DNA from: Octopus sinensis
Lineage: Eukaryota
Length of the DNA stretch: 32,201 bases
Direction: 5' to 3'
NCBI RefSeq assembly: GCF_006345805.1
Contig: NW_021829632.1
Location: 1-32,201 of the forward strand
Numbering within the stretch: the first letter of the stretch is position 1; every line of letters begins with the position of its first letter. Below the pieces are notes generated by a model. That model had not been told where the DNA came from. It ran no database searches and saw nothing but the letters and a program-made list of their open reading frames with translations. This document shows, one piece after another, positions 24,379 through 32,201 of the stretch. A program made the translations under genes and the position numbers.

Positions 24379-25160
24379 AGCAATTTGTATAGTTATGCTT
24401 TGAACAGACACACAGACAAATAAACAAACGTTTCAGCAAATACACAAACCCACATACACACACAGCAAACCGTTATAAACGAAACCACATGAAATGGAAC
24501 ACCCGTAAATAACAAATGAGAATACACAACTTAAATCAAATAAACCACCATTGAGACTCCACTGCTTTTGTTTGTTTGTTTTTAAGAATTAATTACTAAA
24601 GGCGTAATAAAAGAAGTTGTTAAACAACCAGGTTAATGTAAAGACGGCATATCCAGTTATTAAGAAAATATATAGTATTTCAGAGTTTGCAATTGAGTAT
24701 TCTTTCGCTTAAAGAAATTTTTACTAGTTAGAGCCTAGAACAGAAGTTGCTCCTATCCTATGGAGATCCTACGAGACGGGAACAATTACACTGCTGTCAT
24801 TCCGCTTAAATTATCGCAAGTCGACATATATATATATATATATATAATATATACATATATATAATAGAAGGGTAAAATGTGTTTATTAAATTAATTAAGT
24901 AACAATTTTACCAAGTAGATCGGTACGTTAAAATAACCTTTATAGGTAAAATTATCTACATAATTATAATTAGGGTTCAGCTAACTGCTTCACCAGAGAC
25001 CGAAATTACAAATAGGAGTTAAAAATTCCTTTTCTGCTACTATAAGAATCTCCATGGTATATGAATGTTCATATATATATATGAAGGTGTATTTATTTAT
25101 ATATATGAATGTTTATATATATATATAGAGAGAGAGAGATATAGATATCGATATATATAT

Positions 25161-26250
25161 CCTTCCCTCCTTCAAACGAATCCACAACCTAGTGACTTCC
25201 TGTTTCACCTTCCAACCTGACTCGTTCCTTTGCTCCCACCTACGCTGCCGCATTTCCCCCTGCATCTCCATCACCAGCATCCTCACAGGCACCCATCATT
25301 GCCCCTATCGTATCACTGACTCTTTTACCTGCACTTCTAACAACGTCATTTACTGCATCTCCTCCTCTTTCTGTCCTTCTCTGTGCCTCGGTTAAACGGG
25401 ACGCCGCTTGACTGACCGGTTCACTGAGCATCTCCGTAACAATTAGACTCGGCAATGACACCGCGGTCTCGCGCCATTTCCGCTCTACCGATCATTCATT
25501 ACAACACCTGTCTGTATTCGGATTGTCTTTTCACGGGGGCCATCCGGACTGCCGCCTTCGACGTGAACATGTACTAGTCTTCTCTCTTCGCTCCTTTGCG
25601 TCACATGGGCCCAACTTCACTCCACTCTTCTCTCTTCATCTGACACCTACTTCCTCTTTTCACTCCTACACACATTCTCCCTTCATCGATACTCCCTCCA
25701 TCCACACTCCACCCCACCAAAAAAACATCCCACTCCCACATATCCCACTTCCACCCCCATATCCTCACCCCAAACCCACACTCCACCTTCACATCCCCAC
25801 ATCGCCACATCCTAACACCGCCACATCACACCACCCCGCACACACTAGCACTGACCACTTCCCAGCACCCATACCATCATCCACACACCCATATATTACA
25901 GACGCACACACATGCGCACACATCCACACATCAAAGTCACCAGCCCATCTCCACACGCACGTACACACTCTCACATACACACACGCATGCACAACTTCGG
26001 TTTGGGATCGCCAATACTTTATTATCTCACCTTCTTCCTAGTTACCTTTGACAAGCCAGTCTCCATGACTGACCGCTAACTCCAAAAGTGTTTTTATTCT
26101 CTCTCATGTTTTATTTCATCGTGTTCCTTTCTGCTGGAGAGCGTAGGCTCGAAACGTAAAAGGCTTTCTCACCTCCCCGAGCGTCATACTAATACAACTG
26201 CTTCTTATTTATACACCTGTCTTCGTCTTTTGTTTTTCTATAAATTTCAA
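25161..26250 (+). mobile_element. 5'-truncated Penelope-like element: GIY-YIG endonuclease pseudogene plus terminal repeat with hammerhead-like motif
   Basis: Frame from 25162: LPSFKRIHNLVTS..FLCSHLRCRISPCI..ITDSFTCTSNNVIYCISSSFCPSLCLG*TGRRLTDRFTEHLRN, +1 frameshift ~25441, IRLGNDTAVSRHFRSTDHSLQHLSVFGL..CRLRREHVLVFSLRSFASHGPN. The VIY-CLG*TGR..RFTEH pattern fits a PLE GIY-YIG domain, with a Cys-rich linker suggesting the Neptune type. Bounded by (AT)n on both sides. Confidence 0.85.
26126..26163 (+). ncRNA. Hammerhead-like motif (family H2) with altered core
   Basis: Stem I ccttt/aaagg, core CTGCTGGA (canonical CTGANGA), stem II gagc-gtag-gctc, GAAAC, GTA. Confidence 0.5.
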
Positions 26251-26321
26251 ATATATATATATATATATGTAGATGTATATATGAATATATGTATGTATAT
26301 ATATTAGTATATATATATATA

Positions 26322-26361
<40 letters not shown>

Positions 26362-26504
26362 AAATATATATATATACGTGTGTATATACATGTATATATA
26401 TATATATACCTATATATACATATATATAAATAAATACGTATATATAAACACATATATGTATATATACATATAAATATAATATATATATATATATACATAT
26501 ATAT

Positions 26505-26536
<32 letters not shown>

Positions 26537-26575
26537 TTGTCTGCGTGTGTGTGTGTGTGTGTGTACGTGCGTGTC
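26250..26575. repeat. (AT)/(GT)/(AC) microsatellite
   Basis: Direct reading. Confidence 0.95.
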
Positions 26576-26828
26576 AATTTTATACACATTTACAAAAGAT
26601 ATTTATCTCTCACAGGATGGTGTACTTAGCTGTGAGCACACCGCTGATGGAAGTAATTAATATTGCACCCTGTACTCTCCTAACACTTCACTCTAAGCCA
26701 AGGTATGTCGAGTTCTAACAACTTGTATTAATGTCGGAAAGCCTAAACCGAACCATATATACGCATACGTGTAGGTACGTATACATACAGATATATATAT
26801 GTGTGTATATATATATGTGTGTGTGGTG

Positions 26829-26859
<31 letters not shown>

Positions 26860-26861
26860 TT

Positions 26862-27076
26862 GTAATTGTTTCAGTCATTTGACTGCGGCCATGCTGGAGC
26901 ACCGCCTTAGAGTGGTGAAGAGTACAGCAGGGATCACCACCATCCCTGCCGGGCCTCGTGGAGCTTTTAGGTGTTTTTTCGCTCAATAAACACACACAAC
27001 GCCCGGTCTGGGAATCGAAACCGCGATCCTCCGACCGCAAGTCCCTGCCCTAACCACTAGGCCATTGCGCCTCCAC
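26862..27076 (-). mobile_element. Chimeric SINE: C-type head + short D-type stem-loop tail
   Basis: Head homologous to 13786-13950, switching at ~26910 to ggcggtgctccagcatggccgcagtcaaatgactgaaac, then poly(A). Confidence 0.85.
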
Positions 27077-27086
27077 TATATATATA

Positions 27087-27129
<43 letters not shown>

Positions 27130-27211
27130 TATATATGATGTATATATTTATATATCGATCTCTATCTATTTTATGTTTTTGTTTTTGTTTTTGTTTTTGT
27201 TTTTGTTTTTT

Positions 27212-27423
27212 CCAGTTTCAGCTCTTGAGCTGTGGCCATGCTGGGGCACCGCCATTGTGGTGAAAGAGTACAGCAGGGATCACCACCACCCCCTGCCGGA
27301 GCCTCGTAGAGCTTTTAGGTGTTTTCGCTCAATAAACACACACAACGCCCAGTCTGAGAATCGAAACCGCGATCCTGCGACCGCGAGTCCGCTGCCCTAA
27401 CCACTAGGCCATTGCGCCTCTAC
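27212..27423 (-). mobile_element. Chimeric SINE: C-type head + variant stem-loop tail
   Basis: Same head and breakpoint (~27257); tail ggcggtgccccagcatggccacagctcaagagctgaaactgg followed by (AAAAAC)n. Confidence 0.85.
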
Positions 27424-27599
27424 GTATATATATATTACTCTCTTCCTTGCCTTTTCCTGTCATTTTCCTCTCAGATGACTTAATTTACGATTTGTAACGT
27501 TTTCACGGAAACAGCAGGAGTGTTGCTACCTATTATTTTATTTTCCCCATTACGCTTCGGTTTTTGCCAGTTTTATGTTATTTAGTCCACGTTCTATCG

Positions 27600-28048
27600 C
27601 AACTATTATTATTATTGTTGTTGTTGTTGTTGTTTGTTGTTGTTGTTGTTATCATCATTATCATTATTTCATGATGGTTGGTTGTTATTGTTGTTTGTCA
27701 TTATTATTGATGTTGTTGTTCTTGTTGTTGCTCTCTCAGAAGTCATTAATTTTAGATGACGATCGCGCGTTCCTTATGGACAGCCCGTTTATTAATCTAA
27801 TTTGGCTCCCTTCCTTGTGTATTTGTGTGGCACAATGGTTTATTTGTCTGTGAGTGTGCGTATGCAGTAGTGTATATATATACATACATACATATATATA
27901 TATATATACATTATATATTATATATATATATAGATATATATATATATATTATACATACATATGATGTATGTATGATGTATGTATGTAGTATGTATGAGAG
28001 TGCGTGCGTTTGTGAGAGACAGACACACGCACACAAATAAGCACACAC

Positions 28049-28080
<32 letters not shown>

Positions 28081-28591
28081 GAATATAGGGAAACTGATAA
28101 ATTCTGCATGTCTTTTTTTTTCATAACGAGTTCGGAAAAGGTGTTTATCATGTGGATCTATATATCATCATCATCCTCATCATCATCTTCATCATCATCA
28201 TCTTCATCACCATCGTCATCCTCAACATCATTATCAGCATCATCATCATCATCAATTTCTGCAGCATCCTCAACGTAGTTCTCGTTATCATCATCATCAT
28301 CATCATCAACGTCTATATTAAGAGTCTTATTATTATTATTATTACTATTATTATTATCGTCGTCGTCATCGTCATCATCATCATCATCATCCATAACCAT
28401 AATGACATTAGCGCTAATAACATTCACGCCGACTAGAGAAGCCTGTACAGGCACAAAAACTGCAACAAATAATTATAATAATGAATAATAATAATGATAA
28501 ATAATATATAATAATAATAAATAATAAATAATAATAATAATAATAAATAATGATGATAATAAAATAATAATAATAATAATAAATAATGATG

Positions 28592-28633
<42 letters not shown>

Positions 28634-28865
28634 TAATAATAATAGTAATTAATAATAATAATAATAATAATAGTAATGATAATAATAATAATTATAATGA
28701 TAATAATAATCACTAGTAACCAAGAGAAGAAGAAATACTCTGATTTACGAGCTATGAAAGATTTCTGCTTTATTAGGTGCAAAATGTTAACGAAATATAC
28801 AGTTAAGGAAATGTATGGGAACATATGTGTATATGCATATTTGTATACATGCATGTATATACATA

Positions 28866-28897
<32 letters not shown>

Positions 28898-28960
28898 TTT
28901 TATATGTTCATACACATATATACATATGCTAACTTATATACATATGTACACGTTTATATA
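27600..28960. repeat. Cluster of microsatellites (GTT, AT, AC, ATC, AAT, GT)
   Basis: Direct reading; short unique spacers between tracts. Confidence 0.9.
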
Positions 28961-28964
28961 TATA

Positions 28965-29165
28965 CAGAGAGAGAATTCACGAAAAAAAACAAAAGACGAA
29001 GACAGGTGGTGTAGAAAACAAACAGATGTATTAGCATAACGCTCGGGAATTGAAAATGTCTTTTATGTTTCGAGCCTACGCTCTTCCACAAAAAGGCACA
29101 CAGAAAGAAACAAGGAGAGAAAATAAATGTGTGTAGTGGCTAGCGATCTATCATGGCGACTGTGT
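28965..29165 (-). mobile_element. Solo Penelope-type terminal repeat (H2 family) with hammerhead-like motif at 29058-29096
   Basis: Reverse complement aligns with 26057-26250 (cagtc.ccatga, gagcgtaggctcgaaac, cccgagcgt.at.ctaatac, cacctgtcttcgtcttttgtttt); core reads TTGTGGAA. Confidence 0.8.
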
Positions 29166-29189
29166 TTATGTATACGGTATGGCTGTGTG

Positions 29190-29280
29190 GAAGCACAGGT
29201 GTGGGTGCGTGGTAAGAAGACTGCTTCCCAACCACATGATTCTGAGTTCAGTCCTACTGCGTGGCACCATGCACAAAAAA
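29190..29280 (+). mobile_element. SINE D head fragment
   Basis: gtgcgtggtaagaag..caaccacatgattctgagttcagtcctactgcgtggcacc. Confidence 0.7.
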
Positions 29281-30001
29281 GACTCTTGCTCAGCCTTTCG
29301 CAAAACATCTGAAGAGCGCACTGCATCTGCATAGTTTCTCTTTGGAGACGATTGGTGCCTTTCCTCTGGAGAGTATTTCTCCTTAAGGCCCCTGCAGCAT
29401 TGGCGGGGTCTCGGGTGAGAAAAGTGGCAGATTATACCGTATTCTACATGCCAATATTTCACTTATAGGTAAAACTTGCACGTCCACGTCTTCACTCCAG
29501 ACTTTTTCTCTCCTCCAGAGTTGCGAATTCCATTAGTACCACCATATTTGGATTTTCTGTTTTTTTGTTTGGTGGTTTAGAGTTTCGGATTTAGTTTTAG
29601 TTGTTTCATCTTTTATTTTCCTCTCTCTCCATTCTCATTTTTTATGTTTTTTTTCTTCTGGTCTTTCCTTCCTTTACTGGTGGTAGCCATAGAGTTCCTC
29701 TAGTTGTTGATAGATAGAGGTGAGGGTTCAATTCTTTTCTTGAACCTCTGGCAAGGAGGGATTTCTGGTTGTTAAGTTTTCATCTTCCGTATCTTTATCC
29801 ATCTGGTTGCTCGCATGGGTTGGGATCCATTCATTTCTAGGACGACTGGATCAAAGGGACTTCTAGTTATATATATAATATATATTATATATATATATAT
29901 ATGTAGGTCCCGGGTGATTCGGGGTTAACCACAGTAAATAAGGTACTCAATACATAGCCAGAGTAAAATTAATTAATTATTATAGAAGGAGCTTCTATAT
30001 A

Positions 30002-30052
<51 letters not shown>

Positions 30053-30362
30053 ATATATATACATGTATATTTACACATATACCATATATATACATATATA
30101 TGTACATATATATACATATAATATAAATACATATACATATATATACAATATATATTACATATATATATCTATGTATATCTATATATGTATATATATACAT
30201 ATATATGTATATAAATGTATATATATATACACATATAAACACATATATAAACTATATAAACATATATAGATATAAATGTATACATATCTATACATATATA
30301 TATATGCATATATATACATATATATGCATATATATATATTGTGGTACATAATATATTAGAGT

Positions 30363-30592
30363 ATATACTTTATTAAGCAGCAGAAAATTCAACAAAACCT
30401 GTTTCTCTGAGTTTTCCGTTGCCGTTTATCGGACAGTTTTTGCAAAAATGTCCGATAAACGGCAACGGGAAACTCAGAGTAAACAGGTTTTGTTGATTTT
30501 CTGCTGCTTTAAATAAAGTATATTAACTCTACCACTGGTATTTGAGTACTCTTTTTTCCACCTTGTTTCACATTTATGTGTTTTTACTCCGG
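30363..30592. mobile_element. 161-bp near-perfect palindrome (30363-30523) plus unique right extension; probable fold-back retroelement terminus
   Basis: Arms ~80 bp with no spacer (centre tttttg|caaaaa); embedded in (AT)n. Confidence 0.7.
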
Positions 30593-30734
30593 TATATACA
30601 TATATATTTATGTATATATATATATATACATAGATATATGCATATGTATATACAAATATTATTACATATATATATGTATGTATATATATACATATATCTA
30701 TATACATGTATATATATATATATATATGATATAA

Positions 30735-30780
<46 letters not shown>

Positions 30781-30888
30781 GTATATAATACATATAATAT
30801 AATAATATGAGGGATCTTATTCCAAACTACAGGGAAAAATTTAATTTAGAAATACTAAATCAAATTCACAAAATATAATATATATACG

Positions 30889-30968
<80 letters not shown>

Positions 30969-31107
30969 TTATGTATATATGTATGTATATATAATATATA
31001 TATAATTGTAGAAGAGAGAGAGAGATTCAGATGAACATGGTACTTAAGCTGAGGGCACCAGAATTTAGTACGGTATTATCCATACAATTTCAAAATAAGG
31101 TGATTAA

Positions 31108-31309
31108 AATCAAAACAAGCAACAAGGATATCCAAAGGTAATGCAGTAAGATCGTTTTGGCGTAACTCTATTTAATTGAACAATGCAACTATTACATCAA
31201 TTTAAATGCAGTTAAATGGATGTAACGTTTGCATTGTTCAATTAAATGGAGTTGCGTGAAAAGATCCTAAGCTGTTTTACCTCTGGATATCCTTCTTGCT
31301 TATTTGATT
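31108..31309. repeat. ~200-bp imperfect palindrome centred on tgca (31207-31210)
   Basis: aatcaaaacaagcaacaaggatatccaaaggtaa..tttaattgaacaatgcaa..ttacatcaatttaa vs ttaaatggatgtaa..ttgcattgttcaattaaa..ttacctctggatatccttcttgcttatttgatt. Confidence 0.85.
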
Positions 31310-31380
31310 ACATACATACATATATATATATATATTATATATATATATAATATATAGATTATATATATATATATATATAG

Positions 31381-31412
<32 letters not shown>

Positions 31413-31701
31413 TATATATTACATATATATATATCATATATATAATATATATGTATAATATATATACATATAATTATGCATATATACATATATATGTATG
31501 CATATATATACATATATATGTATGCATATCTATACATATATATATACATATACATATACATGTGTATATACATTATATACACATATATTTACATATATGT
31601 ACATATATATGCATAAATATATATACATATAATATACATAATACATATATAACATATATGAATATATACATATACATGTATTATATACATATATATATAT
31701 G

Positions 31702-31753
<52 letters not shown>

Positions 31754-32088
31754 CATATATATATACACATATTGAGGATTTGAGGATATATATATGAATA
31801 TATATACAAATACATATATATGTATATACATATATACATGTACTTACTAAATATCAGGGTAATCTTATTTAATCTTGTCTTACATGTCCTTTTGTCTTCT
31901 CTCCTTGTGCTGTATGGGCATTTAATGTGGTTTTAGAGTCAAGTCTTCGCTGCTATTTTGAGCATGGCGGTATCTCTTAGATACCCTAAATTATGATTTT
32001 GATAATAATTATTACCTTTGAAGGTTTTATTTCCATGCTGCCACTTGATAAGATCGTTATTTAATTTAAATTAGTGATCGTGTCCTTA

Positions 32089-32180
<92 letters not shown>

Positions 32181-32201
32181 GTTTGTATGTATGTAGTATG
32201 T

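Larger units (their letters stand above)
29990..32201. repeat. Extended (AT)n-rich microsatellite field with short inserted complex segments
   Basis: Direct reading; explains the YI/HT ORFs. Confidence 0.9.

Noticed and set aside
24974-24996. Fourth hammerhead-like motif on the - strand (ctggtgaagcagttagctgaac)
   Set aside because: The core and GAAA are both defective and no second copy is available to reconstruct a consensus.
25523-26041. 172-aa ORF as a host gene
   Set aside because: The first ~35 aa are the end of the PLE GIY-YIG pseudogene; the rest is C/A-rich low-complexity sequence.

Overview
Eukaryotic, very AT-rich, non-coding (intronic or intergenic) DNA. The repeat landscape of tRNA-derived CORE-type SINEs, long (AT)n/(ATC)n/(GT)n microsatellites and Penelope-like fragments resembles an octopod cephalopod genome; this is an inference and no search was run. 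No intact protein-coding gene is supported. The supplied ORFs are microsatellite artefacts, chance frames or transposon remnants. The window contains: (1) six copies of a 411-442 bp MITE with 29-bp GG-starting TIRs and 8-bp TSDs (Merlin-like) carrying CCCTAA repeats; (2) more than 20 full or partial tRNA-SINEs built from interchangeable head and tail modules, often as tail-to-head dimers; (3) a decayed R4/Dong-like LINE (- strand) with three nested insertions; (4) a Penelope-like GIY-YIG remnant; (5) a non-autonomous Helitron; (6) a truncated LINE-like insert sharing its 3' tail with one SINE family. The most notable signal is a set of short elements with minimal type-I hammerhead-ribozyme motifs from three sequence families, two of them in head-to-head fold-back copies. 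Two + strand splice-like signals, including an AG|GTAAG recursive-splice-type site, hint that the window lies in a long intron. All alignments and translations were done by eye, so coordinates of decayed elements are approximate.
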